Source: an uncultured Flavobacteriaceae bacterium
GTDB taxonomy: Bacteria > Bacteroidota > Bacteroidia > Flavobacteriales > Flavobacteriaceae
Assembly: GCA_963842105.1 (NCBI GenBank)
Contig: CAWJFH010000025.1
Coordinates: 1,840 to 65,839 of the forward strand
Direction: 5' to 3'
Length of the DNA: 64,000 bases
Part shown: in pieces, positions 20,780 through 31,929 of the stretch
Layout of the letters: each line of letters begins with the position of its first letter
How positions within the stretch are numbered: the stretch's first letter is position 1
Position numbers and translations under genes: made by a program
The notes under the pieces: model-generated
Told to the model about the DNA's origin: nothing
Seen by the model: the letters and a program-made list of their open reading frames with translations, nothing else
Database searches by the model: none

Positions 20780-22080
20780 ATGTCATTTTTACATCCTTCT
20801 TATTTATGGGCTTTTAGCGGGACTTGCGGTACCCATAGCTATCCATTTATGGAGTAAGAAGGAAGCGAAAACGATTAAAATTGGAAGTGTTCAGCTGTTA
20901 TCAGAATCCAAATCCAAACAGTCAAGCAGCATTCAGTTAAACGAATGGTGGCTTTTAGTAGTACGAATGTTGTTGATTTCCATAGTTGTATTGCTGATGG
21001 CAAAACCGCAATGGTCCAATACCATTAAAAATTCGGAAATCACCTATCTACTGGAATCTGGTTTGAGCACCAATGTAGAGTTGATGCAGTTTTTGGATAG
21101 CGTCTCCCAAGAAAAGGAGGTACGACTTTTAGAAAAGAATTTCCCGGTCGTTACCGACTTTGAACGTATCGATGACACAGCTGAAATTCCCGATTATTGG
21201 CAGTTAGCTTCTGAAATGGATGCTCTGAATACGGACAGTGTCGTGGTCTTTACGAAAGGATTGCAACGGGGTCTAAAAGGGATGCGACCACAAACCGAAA
21301 ATAATATCAATTGGGTCGTTATGGATTCGGATACTATTCTAGAGAAAGGACTGTTGGCTTATGAAAATACGGAAGGCTTAGAACTTGTTTCCATTATCAG
21401 TACTTCAAATCTTGCGCAATTCAGAAAGCAACAAATCGATTCAGAAAATTCAAATGTCATTTTGAATCCAACAGGAGATAGTGTGCAAATCAACACTGGG
21501 GCAAACCCCTACAGCGTTCCGGTGATGCAATTAGCACCCATTCAGGTGGAACTTTTTTATGCGGATAGTCTATCTACCGATAGAAAATATATCGAAGCGG
21601 CTTTTGAGGCATTGTCGACCTATTTAGGTCGCGAAATAAATGTAGAAAGCAAAAGTGATTCTTTATCCTCAGCAATGGATAATCCAGGTTTGACCATTTG
21701 GTTAAGCGAAAAACCAACACCCGATTCCTATCAAAAACTGCTACTATACAAACAAGATTCGCTTGCTCAAGATTTGATTACAACAGGAGCATTAGAGAAC
21801 ACTTTTCTATTGACAAATAGATTAAACCATACAGAATAGTACGGAGCAACGTTTAACGGAAAAATTGTTAGTACTGTTGAATTTGGATAGCGAATTGAAT
21901 CCAATGGTTTCGAAATGGGATAGCCGGAAAGTACCAGAATCGGTTTTGAAGACCACCTATGTGAAAGAACAAAATAAGAAGGTGCAACGGGCTGGAATCG
22001 ATAGTTCACCATGGTTGTGGGCCGGACTATGTATAGTAATGATAGCGGAAAGAATGCTCGCTTTTAAAAGAAAACAGTAA
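20780..22080 (+). CDS. BatA N-terminal domain membrane protein, two frameshifts
   Basis: Manual: MSFLHPSYLWALAGLAVPIAIHLW (BatA motif) after removing one T near 20813; second break near 21828; C-terminal PWLW...AER. Confidence 0.75.
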
Positions 22081-24308
22081 TGGAATCTGGTAAGTTACTT
22101 TTACTACAATTTAAAAAACGCTGGCAGTTGCTAGTGCTTTTGGAAAGTGCGTTATACGCAGTAGGAATTGCTGTTTTGATATATTTGGTTTTCAATAGTC
22201 TAGTAATTGGACTCTTACTGGGATTCCTTACTTTTTTAGGATTTATGCGATTTAAAAATCCTAGAAAAATTAATCTGAAACGAACCAGTAATTTCATTGA
22301 TGCACATATTGATGAAGCCTCTTTTAGTACCGGACTTTTATTGGAGCCCGAGGGAAATTTATCCAATCTGTCAAAATTACAACGGTATCGGGTGACTACG
22401 GAACTTCAAACTAGATTAAAATCGTTAACACCACCAAACCAAATTAAAAAGTCCGTTCTAATCACATTGGGCTTAATTATCGTTGGTTTTGCCATTCATG
22501 CATTCGGATTTTTTAAGGGTGGGGATGCTATTTCAAAAAGTAATAGCACTCCCGATAAAATTCAGTTTATCCAAACCGATACTATTTCAGCTCAAACCAT
22601 AGTTCCAGAACTTCAAGAACAACAAATATTTATCAGCTATCCAAAATACATCCGGCAATCCACAAAAGTTACCTCAGACCCAAATATTAAGTCGGTCATC
22701 AATGCTAACCTACGCTGGAGTTTACAGTTTGATGCACCAGTATCGCAAGTTTCTATGGAGAAAATGGGCGAAACCATGCCTTTAAAAAAGGTTGGGGATG
22801 CTTTTGAAATCAGTCTCCCATTGGAAGCTTCCGGGTTTTATAGTTTCAAATTTAGCAATGAGGAAGGCGTTGTATTTACATCGGATTTGTACTCCTTGGA
22901 AGCAATACCTGATTCGCCCCCAGAGATAGAAATAATCGGTTTACCGCAATACACCTATTTTGATTTTTCGGATACCAAACAGGTAGCATTGAAAAGTTCG
23001 ATTACCGATGATTTTGGAATCGCTAAGGCCCACATCATTGCCACGGTGAGTAAAGGCTCGGGAGAATCTGTAAAATTCAGGGAGGAAAAGCTGGATTTTA
23101 AGGAATCAATTCCAACAGGTATTCAGCAAATCAGTGTTTCTAAACTATTGGATTTGAATGCTTTAAAAATGGAGGTAGGGGACGAGCTCTATTTTTATGT
23201 GGAAGCCTTTGATGAAAAAGAACCAAACCCCAATGTCACTCGTAGTGAAACCTATTTTGCAGTCATTAAAGATACGGTTACGGAGCAGTTTGCGGTGGAA
23301 GGAACGCTTGGTGTGGATCAAATGCCCGATTATTTTAGAAGCCAGCGACAGTTGATTATCGATACCGAAAAATTAATAAAAGATAAGCCCACGATATCCT
23401 CCCAGGAATTTAAATCAAGAAGTAATGAACTTGGTTTTGACCAAAAAGCACTGCGTTTAAAATATGGTCAGTTTATGGGCGATGAATCTGAAATGGGGAT
23501 TGCCCCTGGTGAAGCCATTGAGCAATTATCCGTTGAAGAATCGAATAAAGATACAGAGGGTGGAGAAGAGGATTTGTTGAAAGACTATTCCCATGATCAC
23601 GATGGTGATAACGAACATAATTTAGTAGCAACGGAAGAATCAGAAGAAGAAAATGACCCGCTACATGATTATTTGCATAATCATGATGATCCAGAAGAAT
23701 CCACTTTATTCGAGGAATCTTTAAAGACCAAATTACGTAAGGCCTTAACTATTATGTGGGATGCGGAATTACATTTGAGGCTTTATGAACCGGAAAAATC
23801 TTTACCGTTTCAAAACGATGCCTTATTGCTTATTCAGGAAATTAAGAACAGTGCACGTATTTACGTTCACCGAATCGGTTTTGACCCACCGCCCATAAAG
23901 GAGGATGCTAGGTTGACGGGGAGCATCAAGGAGGTGAATAATTTTCAAAAGCAAGAGAATATGCAAATGGATGAACCATTTGCGGCTATCAAAAATGCGA
24001 TTGCAAGCTTAGAAGAGATTTATTCAACAGAACAAGCCTTTTTTGGCGGAAGATGAGCTGATTTTTTCCCAAGCCGGAACAGAATTGGCACAATTGGCCA
24101 TTGAAAAACCTGGAAAATATTTACAAGTGTTACAAGGTTTGAAAAGGATACAGGATAATACTGGGCGTACTTTGGATAATTACCAAAAGAGTTCAAAGAG
24201 GTTTATTATCAGCTTTGCCCCAGACCAAACAAATCCCAGGAGTCAAGAAGTAGGTATACTGATGAAATCAATTCATTATTTCTAAAACAATTGGAAACCT
24301 ATGATTGA
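22080..24308 (+). CDS. Large membrane-anchored protein (DUF4175-like), frameshifted near 3' end
   Basis: N-terminal TMs, Ig-like DSPPEIEI...ITDDFGI segment, PDYFRSQRQ; continues past 24043 in alternative frames to TGA 24308. Confidence 0.65.
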
Positions 24309-26052
24309 CGGAATTTCATTTTTGAATCAGGAATTGATTATTCCCGTTAGTATTGCTGCAGTAATCCTATACGCCTGTTTTCTGTGGAAAGAATGGCTAG
24401 AACGTGAACGCGGAAAAATGCTCGTCCATAGTATCATTGCCTTTATAAGCCTCTTGGCATTGGCTTTAATCGCTTTGGAACCGGTACGAAAAGTAGAAAT
24501 CAATGACCGACAAGGCCTTTTGCTTACGGAGGGTTATGATGAGGCAAAAAAAGATAGCTTGATGGACCTTTACCCCGGACTTATCGTTCTGGACTATCAT
24601 CCGGAGAAATCGATTAGGAAGGAACTGGATTCATTAACCAGTGTTTTCGTTTTAGGGAATGGAATTAAATCCTTTGATTTTTGGCAGTTCAAGAATCTAC
24701 CGACAGCATTTGTTCCCAGTAAACTTTCTACAGGCATTTCAAAGGTGAAGTATTCGAAGTCTTTGGTGTTAGGGGAAGCATTGGACGTCTCAGGAATTTA
24801 TATAAATCCACGAAAAGGAACTTTTTTGGTTTTGGAAGACCCTGCCGGTAATGGGTTGGATTCGGTTCGACTGGAAACCAAAGATCAAGTTGGTTTTTCG
24901 TTGCACACCAACCCGAAAGTTTCGGGTAATTTTAGATACTCCCTAACTGAAAAAGATAGTATGGGTGTCGTTCAAAAAAGGGAACCACTTCCCATTCAGA
25001 TTAGCGAAAAGAATACGTTTCGCGTCTTAATTTTGAACGATTTTCCAACCTTCGAGACCAAATACCTAAAAAACTTTTTAGCGGAAAATGGTCATGAAGT
25101 GGTCGTTAGAAGCCAATTGACCAAGGGTAAATACAAGTTTGAATATTTCAATTCCAACAGTATACCCATTTATCAAATAACCGATGAAATTTTGAAGGAT
25201 TTCAATTTGGTTATTGCCGATGCAGATACCTATTATGGTTTTGGAACGGTGATCAAAAATAGGTTTGAAAAACATATGAGAGAGGACGGATTGGGACTAT
25301 TCCTTCAACCCACTAATTTATTATTTAGTCGTAATTCCAATTCCTCCTATTTTAATTATAGTAGAGATGGTATCATTGAAACTACATTGGGCGATTCTGA
25401 AAGTGTCCTCGAAAAATACCCTTATGTTTTTGACAAACGGTTTGCTCAACAACCCATAGCATTGGGCACAACAGTACCGATTGCAGCCTATAAACAGGTG
25501 GGTTTAGGTCGTGTCGTAACGATGACAGTGCAAAATAGCTATCAGTTAGTGTTGGATGGAAATGAAAAGGAATACGAACGGTTTTGGACGCAATTGTTAG
25601 ATAAGACGATTAATGAAGCCAAAGCGGAAGTGGAGTGGGAATCGACAACCGCTTTGCCCAGAAGAAATGAACCTTTTGATTTTACCTTACGGACAAATTT
25701 AGAAGAATTCACTGTGATGGATATGGATAGTAGTAGTGTTGGGGTGCTTCAAAATTCCCAAATACCTACCTTATTTGCTGGAGCTACCTATCCGAGAAAA
25801 GCGGGTTGGAACGCATTGAAAATAGCGTCTGACAGTATTGCTAAATTTTCCTTTTACGTGATGGATAACACCGATTGGAAATCTCTTGAAATTTCACAGA
25901 CGGTACGCGCTAATCAGAAGGAGTTTCAGAAAGACCTAAATGAAAATAGGACCGTCTTGGTAGACCGTCCTATTTCCTTAATCTGGTTTTATATGCCTTT
26001 CCTATTAGGAATTGGGTGGTTATGGTTAGCGCCCAAACTATTTGGAGAGTAA
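24301..26052 (+). CDS. Conserved membrane protein of the MoxR cluster
   Basis: Two N-terminal TMs, central RVLILNDFPTFETKYLKNFL domain, C-terminal TM. Confidence 0.7.
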   Translation: MIDGISFLNQELIIPVSIAAVILYACFLWKEWLERERGKMLVHSIIAFISLLALALIALEPVRKVEINDRQGLLLTEGYDEAKKDSLMDLYPGLIVLDYHPEKSIRKELDSLTSVFVLGNGIKSFDFWQFKNLPTAFVPSKLSTGISKVKYSKSLVLGEALDVSGIYINPRKGTFLVLEDPAGNGLDSVRLETKDQVGFSLHTNPKVSGNFRYSLTEKDSMGVVQKREPLPIQISEKNTFRVLILNDFPTFETKYLKNFLAENGHEVVVRSQLTKGKYKFEYFNSNSIPIYQITDEILKDFNLVIADADTYYGFGTVIKNRFEKHMREDGLGLFLQPTNLLFSRNSNSSYFNYSRDGIIETTLGDSESVLEKYPYVFDKRFAQQPIALGTTVPIAAYKQVGLGRVVTMTVQNSYQLVLDGNEKEYERFWTQLLDKTINEAKAEVEWESTTALPRRNEPFDFTLRTNLEEFTVMDMDSSSVGVLQNSQIPTLFAGATYPRKAGWNALKIASDSIAKFSFYVMDNTDWKSLEISQTVRANQKEFQKDLNENRTVLVDRPISLIWFYMPFLLGIGWLWLAPKLFGE

Positions 26053-26068
26053 GCACTAAGTAAACCAA

Positions 26069-26482
26069 TTAATGCGGTAATTTATTTTTTACTACACCGT
26101 AAACGAACGTACCTAAAAGGGCTCCGCCAATAACCACTAAAATGGAATAATAGCCTGCACCTGCAAGCACATACATGGGTCCGGGACAAGCACCTGCCAA
26201 TGCCCAACCCAATCCAAAAATGATTCCACCGATTAAATACCGCGCAATACTTTTGTTTTTAGGATGTAGGTTCATTTCCGTACCACCAATTGCTTTGATT
26301 TTATAACGTTTGATAATTTGAACACCAATGACCCCTATGACCAAGGCAGAGCCAATGATACCGTACATATGAAAGGAACCAAACTCGAACATTTCGTAAA
26401 TTCGAAACCAAGAGGCGGCTTCGGATTTATACATGATAATTCCGAAAAATATACCGATTACTAAATAGCTTATATATCTCAT
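26069..26482 (-). CDS. YeeE/YedE sulfur-compound transporter half
   Basis: GWALAGACPGP motif, 4 TMs. Confidence 0.88.
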   Translation of the reverse strand: MRYISYLVIGIFFGIIMYKSEAASWFRIYEMFEFGSFHMYGIIGSALVIGVIGVQIIKRYKIKAIGGTEMNLHPKNKSIARYLIGGIIFGLGWALAGACPGPMYVLAGAGYYSILVVIGGALLGTFVYGVVKNKLPH

Positions 26483-26485
26483 TTT

Positions 26486-27047
26486 CTAACTGAATATTAA
26501 AGGGAACAATAAATGAATCATTACTAAACCACCGATAAAGAAACCAATGACGGCTATCAACGAGGGCAATTGTAAATTACTGAGTCCGGAAATCGCATGG
26601 CCACTGGTACAACCACCGGCATAACGGGCTCCAAAACCCACCATGAATCCGCCTAAAATCAGAATGGCCAACACAAAGGGGTCCGCTAATTGTTCCGAAG
26701 CGAATAATTCTGGCGGAAGGTAGGCTTCTCCGGCACTTTCAATTCCGTAATCCTGAGAAAGTTGTTGAGCCACTTCAGGATTAATTTGAACGGTGTTGTC
26801 CGATAAATACTGAGAAGCGATAAAACCTCCAATCACGGCACCCAAGAACCACCATAAGGTTCCATCGTTCCGCTTTCCAATCGAACTTAAAAAAATCCGA
26901 TACTTTTCCAGCACCCCCTATCGAACACATGGTTCTAAGGTTTGAGGACATACCAAACTGTTTTCCGGCAAAAAGCAGGATGAACATGGTAAGGGCAATT
27001 AAAGGTCCGGCCACGTACCAAGGCCAAGGGTCATATATCCAATTCAT
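26486..27047 (-). CDS. YeeE/YedE sulfur-compound transporter half, +1 frameshift near 26842
   Basis: PWPWYVAGPLI N-terminus, GARYAGGCTSGHAISG motif; extra G in CTTGGGTGCC. Confidence 0.85.
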
Positions 27048-27097
27048 AGTTTTATATTAAGAGTTGCAAAGGTAAATTATTCTTATAGGAGTGGTCA

Positions 27098-27111
27098 GTA
27101 ACATTGGTTAC
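27098..27111. promoter_or_regulatory. Box B operator GTAACATTGGTTAC
   Basis: 23 nt from minus-strand -7 element TACCTTTG (27074-27067) of the yeeE pair. Confidence 0.8.
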
Positions 27112-27139
27112 AGACTTGTATTTGGATTGAAATTAGCCA

Positions 27140-28177
27140 TCAATAACTGGTATCGTCCAATTTTACTTTCCCATTGAATGTCTTATATAGAAAAACAAGA
27201 TATCCTACTAAAATAGGGGCTCCAATGACGACCATGGTCAACATAATGCCCAGTGATTTCTGAGAGGATGCGGCATTATAAATGGTAACACTATGGCTAG
27301 GGTCAATAGTCGACGGTAACAAAACAGGATATAGTTGAAAGGCTACTAACATTAATAAGAATGCCATGGTTAGCGAAGAAAATATCAATGCCTGAAAGTA
27401 TCTTTTTTTAGATACTAATCTGGGTACGTTAGCTACTGCTAAAAACGCCAAAACCGGTAAAACAAAAAATAGGGGATGTTCCTTAAATTTATCAATGACC
27501 CCGTGTAAATAGAATAAGGTATATAAAGAGGTAACCGCGAAACTTATGATGAAAAAAATCATTCCTTTTTTAAGTAAGAAAGTTAATCTGGCGTGTAAAC
27601 GACCTTCTGTTTTTAATAATAAAAAAATAGCCCCTTGGGTCATAAATAATGAAAGTGTTGTAAAGCCTGCCATAATAGCGTAAGGATTTAGAAAGGCAAA
27701 GAATATACCCCCTTTATAGCTAAAATTTTCCCCGATCTCAAATCCTTGTAAAATGTTTCCTAAAACAACGCCTAATAAAAAGGCGATTAAGGTATTCGAA
27801 GAAAAATAGATGATATCCCATGTTTTTCTCCACCAAATCATTTCTTCGGAACTTCTAAATTTAATGGCCGATGAGCGTAAGACCAATAATAGTAAGAACA
27901 ACATAAAAGGGATATACATGGCGGATAACATAGTGGCGTACATCACCGGAAAGCCTGCAAATAGCGCTCCACCACCTATAATAAGCCAAACTTGATTGGC
28001 ATCCCATAAAGGACCAATCGCATTAATGGCGATACGTCTGCTTAAATCTTTTTTAAAAAATAAATGCCAAGAACCCGCACCATAATCAAAACCTTCTAAA
28101 ACAGCATAACCGGAAAATAATAAACCAACTACCAAATACCAAAGTGTTGGATAATCTATGCCTAAAAATGTTTCCAT
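27140..28177 (-). CDS. cydB: Cytochrome bd ubiquinol oxidase subunit II
   Basis: EGFDYG, PLWDANQVW, TIYNAASS. Confidence 0.93.
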   Translation of the reverse strand: METFLGIDYPTLWYLVVGLLFSGYAVLEGFDYGAGSWHLFFKKDLSRRIAINAIGPLWDANQVWLIIGGGALFAGFPVMYATMLSAMYIPFMLFLLLLVLRSSAIKFRSSEEMIWWRKTWDIIYFSSNTLIAFLLGVVLGNILQGFEIGENFSYKGGIFFAFLNPYAIMAGFTTLSLFMTQGAIFLLLKTEGRLHARLTFLLKKGMIFFIISFAVTSLYTLFYLHGVIDKFKEHPLFFVLPVLAFLAVANVPRLVSKKRYFQALIFSSLTMAFLLMLVAFQLYPVLLPSTIDPSHSVTIYNAASSQKSLGIMLTMVVIGAPILVGYLVFLYKTFNGKVKLDDTSY

Positions 28178-28187
28178 AATTTTATGA

Positions 28188-29543
28188 TTATACGTGTTTC
28201 AAAAATTCATCTGGATTTTTAGATTCTTCATAGGGGCCATGTTTTATCTTTTTGTTCAGAGAATAGATGAACAAGAGAAATAGAATGGTGTATACAAAGG
28301 CAAAGAGTATCAAGGAGAACAGAATTTGATTAGCGGACACCTCTTGGGAAAACCCTTCGCTTGTACGTAAATGTCCATAAACAATCCAGGGTTGTCTACC
28401 CATTTCTGCGGCAAACCAACCGACTTGATTGGCAATCAGGGGCAATATGGCAGCAAAGACAAATATTCGTAATAACCAATTCTTTTCAAAGAGAGTTCCT
28501 CTCCACCATAAGTAGCTGGCATATAAGGTTAGTGCAATCAAAAACATACCAATGGAAATCATGATGTGATAAAACTGGAATACTGCATTTACTTGACCAG
28601 GTCTATCCTCTTTAGGAAAAGCATTTAGACCTGTGATAGGCGCTTCAAAATCTTGATGTACTAAAAATGATAAACCTCCAGGTAAACCTATACCCGTAAC
28701 TTCTTGGTTTTCATTATCGACCCATCCGAAAAGATACAAATCTGCAGGAGCAGATTTTTCATAGTGCCCCTCCATAGCGGCCAGTTTTGCGGGTTGATTT
28801 TCGGCAACACCATCGGCCGAACTATGTCCGGATAGTAATTGGGTCAAAGAAACCAAGGTAGCTACCGAAAGCGCAATTTTAAATGCCTTTTTGGATATAT
28901 CTGTATACCTGCCTTTAAAAAGATAATAGGCATGAACGCTAAGTACCAAAAAAGCACCGGATAGGAAGGCACCTTGCCAAACATGGATAATACGGTCCAT
29001 ACAGGAAGGATTGAACACCATGGCCCAGAAATCGGTTACTTCCGCACGTGCATTTAAACCTTCACCAACAATATGGTAACCGGCGGGGGTTTGTTGCCAA
29101 CTATTGGCAACCACGATCCACACTGCGGAAAACATAGAACCTAAAAAAACCCCCAATGCAGATATAAAATGAACTTTTGGTGAAACTCGGTTCCATCCAA
29201 AAAGTAAAATCCCTAAAAAGGTACTTTCTAATCCAAAGGCGAATAAACCTTCTGCAGCTAAAGCGCTCCCAAATATATCTCCAACATATTTTGAATAAAC
29301 CGCCCAGTTGGTACCAAATTCAAACTCCATGATAATACCGGTGGCTACACCTATACCAAATGTAATGGCGAATATTTTCAACCAAAATCTGGTCAGTATT
29401 TCATAGTGTTTATTTCCAGTTTTCAGATATAAACCTTCCATAATCACCATGATCAATCCAATTCCTATGCTTAAAGGCGGATAGATATAATGAAAAGCAA
29501 TGGTAAAAGCGAACTGTATTCGGGCGAGAATTTCTACATCCAT
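28188..29543 (-). CDS. cydA: Cytochrome bd ubiquinol oxidase subunit I
   Basis: [35 protein letters not shown]. Confidence 0.95.
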   Translation of the reverse strand: MDVEILARIQFAFTIAFHYIYPPLSIGIGLIMVIMEGLYLKTGNKHYEILTRFWLKIFAITFGIGVATGIIMEFEFGTNWAVYSKYVGDIFGSALAAEGLFAFGLESTFLGILLFGWNRVSPKVHFISALGVFLGSMFSAVWIVVANSWQQTPAGYHIVGEGLNARAEVTDFWAMVFNPSCMDRIIHVWQGAFLSGAFLVLSVHAYYLFKGRYTDISKKAFKIALSVATLVSLTQLLSGHSSADGVAENQPAKLAAMEGHYEKSAPADLYLFGWVDNENQEVTGIGLPGGLSFLVHQDFEAPITGLNAFPKEDRPGQVNAVFQFYHIMISIGMFLIALTLYASYLWWRGTLFEKNWLLRIFVFAAILPLIANQVGWFAAEMGRQPWIVYGHLRTSEGFSQEVSANQILFSLILFAFVYTILFLLFIYSLNKKIKHGPYEESKNPDEFLKHV

Positions 29544-29570
29544 GGGATATATTTTATTGGCACCGCCAAG

Positions 29571-29652
29571 GGGTTTAATAGCCCTAAGCTTACCTCGAAA
29601 TTGAAAATTTGTTTCTAACGAATGCCTCGTGGGCTTGCCCCGAGGTAGTTTA
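29571..29652. repeat. REP/IS200-end-like hairpin element in the cydA leader
   Basis: Minus strand ACCTCGGGGCAAGCCCACGAGGCATT hairpin plus a degenerate TCGAGGTAAGCTTAGGG second hairpin. Confidence 0.5.
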
Positions 29653-29719
29653 TTTTACAAAGATACCTTAGTGAACCTAAAATCAGGATCATAAACTTCT
29701 ATATTTCAATAATTTAGGG

Positions 29720-31060
29720 CTACTTAAACTCATTAATTTTATCACTTAGATCCAAAACCTGATTATCCTTTAATTCCTTAGCGATAATGCTAGAACCTGC
29801 AGCACTTCTATAACCTCCTGCACAATGGACGACTATAGGTTTATCAGTAGGGATTTCTGCAATTCTATTTCTAAGTTCATGTAAAGGTAGATTGATGGCA
29901 TGTTCAAAAAATCGGGCCTCTTTAAACTCACTTTTATTTCTGATGTCAATTATGGTGTAGTTTTCAGGATGCTTTTTAAACGCGTCAAAATCCAACTGAT
30001 CCGATGACTTTTTTGACGTTTCGGCTAATGTTATATTAGCTTTGATTTGTTTCTCATAGCCAATTTTCGCCACTCTTTCTAAAACTTCCTGTCTGTTCTT
30101 TATGGAATCGATTACTAAGTAAAAAGCTTCTTCGGGTTGTACGATAGCGCCAAGCCATGTTTCTATCTTATCATTTTCCGTTCTGGCCATAATGTTGATG
30201 GAGTTCGGTAAATGTCCTTTTTTAAACTCGTTTTCATCCCTCGTATCAACGACCAAAGTGTCATCTTCTAATTTTGAGACTCCAAATAAAAAGGGAACTA
30301 GGCCTAAACTTTTCTCCATGTTTTCCGCTCCATTTTTATTGATGTCCACATCAAACCCAAAATACGAGGGGATAAAAGGCTGGTCAGCAAGAATATGGTC
30401 TACAAAATCCGCTTCGCTCAAATCTTTAAAGGCCCAATTGCCCATACGTTCATTTCCCATCGTGCTGGAAGAATCCGAGCTCATATTTTTACCACATAAC
30501 GAACCTGCTCCATGTGCTGGATATACCAATGTTTTATTGGGTAGGTGGTTGTATTTATGTTGCATAGTATGATACATTGCTTTGGCCAATTCTTCGCGTT
30601 TGGCTTTCATGTTTCCGGCTTTTTCCCTAAGATCAGGTCTTCCTACATCGCCTATGAACAAAGTGTCTCCGGTGAATACCGCATGATTGTCCTTATCGTC
30701 TTTTGCATAAATCGAAATACTATCAGGAGAATGTCCTGGGGTATTGATGGCAGAAAAAGTAACTGATCCCATTTTGAAGGTGTCTCCATCATCAAATGCA
30801 GTATGGGGATAATCAGCACCTACCAGTTTACTGGCAAATAGCTCAGCCCCGGTTTCCAAATGGATTTGCAAATGACTACTCACAAAATCAGCATGTGGAT
30901 GCGTTTCAAAAACAGCAACGATTTCAGCCTGGTTCTCTTCGGCATAGGCATAGTAAGGAGTTGTATTTCTTGACGGATCTACCAAAGCTATCTTGTTGCC
31001 ACTTAAAATGGCGTAGGAATAATGGGCTAAAGGTTTATCTTCAAATTGTTTAATGTTCAT
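29720..31060 (-). CDS. MBL-fold persulfide dioxygenase-rhodanese fusion (CstB-like), copy 3
   Basis: THPHADF, TPGH, GDVGRPDL, HGAGSLCG, rhodanese HCAGGYRS; start MNIKQF at 31060. Confidence 0.85.
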   Translation of the reverse strand: MNIKQFEDKPLAHYSYAILSGNKIALVDPSRNTTPYYAYAEENQAEIVAVFETHPHADFVSSHLQIHLETGAELFASKLVGADYPHTAFDDGDTFKMGSVTFSAINTPGHSPDSISIYAKDDKDNHAVFTGDTLFIGDVGRPDLREKAGNMKAKREELAKAMYHTMQHKYNHLPNKTLVYPAHGAGSLCGKNMSSDSSSTMGNERMGNWAFKDLSEADFVDHILADQPFIPSYFGFDVDINKNGAENMEKSLGLVPFLFGVSKLEDDTLVVDTRDENEFKKGHLPNSINIMARTENDKIETWLGAIVQPEEAFYLVIDSIKNRQEVLERVAKIGYEKQIKANITLAETSKKSSDQLDFDAFKKHPENYTIIDIRNKSEFKEARFFEHAINLPLHELRNRIAEIPTDKPIVVHCAGGYRSAAGSSIIAKELKDNQVLDLSDKINEFK

Positions 31061-31094
31061 AACTGCTTTATTTTCAATCAAAATTAAAAAACGA

Positions 31095-31136
31095 AAACTT
31101 CAATTACTGTAACCATTGTTACAGTAATTGAAGTTT
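31095..31136. promoter_or_regulatory. Box B operator (31109-31122) inside a 19-bp perfect inverted repeat
   Basis: AAACTTCAATTACTGTAAC-CATT-GTTACAGTAATTGAAGTTT; 22 nt from -7 TAATTTTG (31086-31079). Confidence 0.8.
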
Positions 31137-31198
31137 GTAAAATACTAGTATAATATAAAGAGTATTTTAAATCCTATCCTAAAAAACAGAATTGAGAA

Positions 31199-31732
31199 TT
31201 ACGGCATAATCACGTAGCCCTGTAATTGATAATTGGCCAATACCATCATGGCGGATGTTGAGACTTCAACATTGCTGTCCAAATCTTCTTTTACGATACC
31301 TCTTGAGGCCGTGGCTTGGCCACATACCAAAAGTTCTACCCCATAGTCCTTTAAAAGTTGTAAGACCTCTGTATTAGGATTGGGCTTTTCGTTTTTTTCT
31401 TGGTATTTAGCTTCGTTCAATACCGCAAAGGTAGCTCCACCATGAATAGCCGCTACAATATGGACCTTCTCCGGACTAATACCTCCGGCACCCAATAAAT
31501 TGATCATACGTGCAATTTTGAATAACCCGATGTTGATACCGTCCATCTCGCGATCATCCTTTACATCAAATACGATTTTGTACTCCATGGAAGCATCAGG
31601 CTGTACGGCAACATCTTTTAATTCGGTGATTTTTCCGTAGCCTTCGATTACTGGAGTAATCCATTCTTGGGCAGTTGTCATTTGTGTTACCATCATTAGA
31701 AATGCTATTAAAACTATTTTTTTCATGTTCAT
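31199..31732 (-). CDS. Exported DsrE-family protein
   Basis: Signal peptide ending TTA-Q; IVAAIHG, GVELLVCGQA, LANYQLQGY. Confidence 0.82.
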   Translation of the reverse strand: MNMKKIVLIAFLMMVTQMTTAQEWITPVIEGYGKITELKDVAVQPDASMEYKIVFDVKDDREMDGINIGLFKIARMINLLGAGGISPEKVHIVAAIHGGATFAVLNEAKYQEKNEKPNPNTEVLQLLKDYGVELLVCGQATASRGIVKEDLDSNVEVSTSAMMVLANYQLQGYVIMP

Positions 31733-31832
31733 TAAAGTTTCAAATTAGTGTTGGTTCAAAGTCAAAATCGATGCTACTAATGTCCGTTATTTTTGAGTGG
31801 TATAAAAGTAAGCGAGCCTTTTTTATTGGTCT

Positions 31833-31846
31833 GTAACCATTGTTAC
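31833..31846. promoter_or_regulatory. Bidirectional box B operator GTAACCATTGTTAC
   Basis: 22 nt from TACTTTTA (minus, 31810-31803) and 22 nt from TAATTTCG (plus, 31869-31876). Confidence 0.8.
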
Positions 31847-31929
31847 CGTATCGATGTATATAAAGTTCTAATTTCGTTCTCTACTTTTAGGGTGATTAAT
31901 TTTAGAAATTAAGTTTTATCATAAAATAA

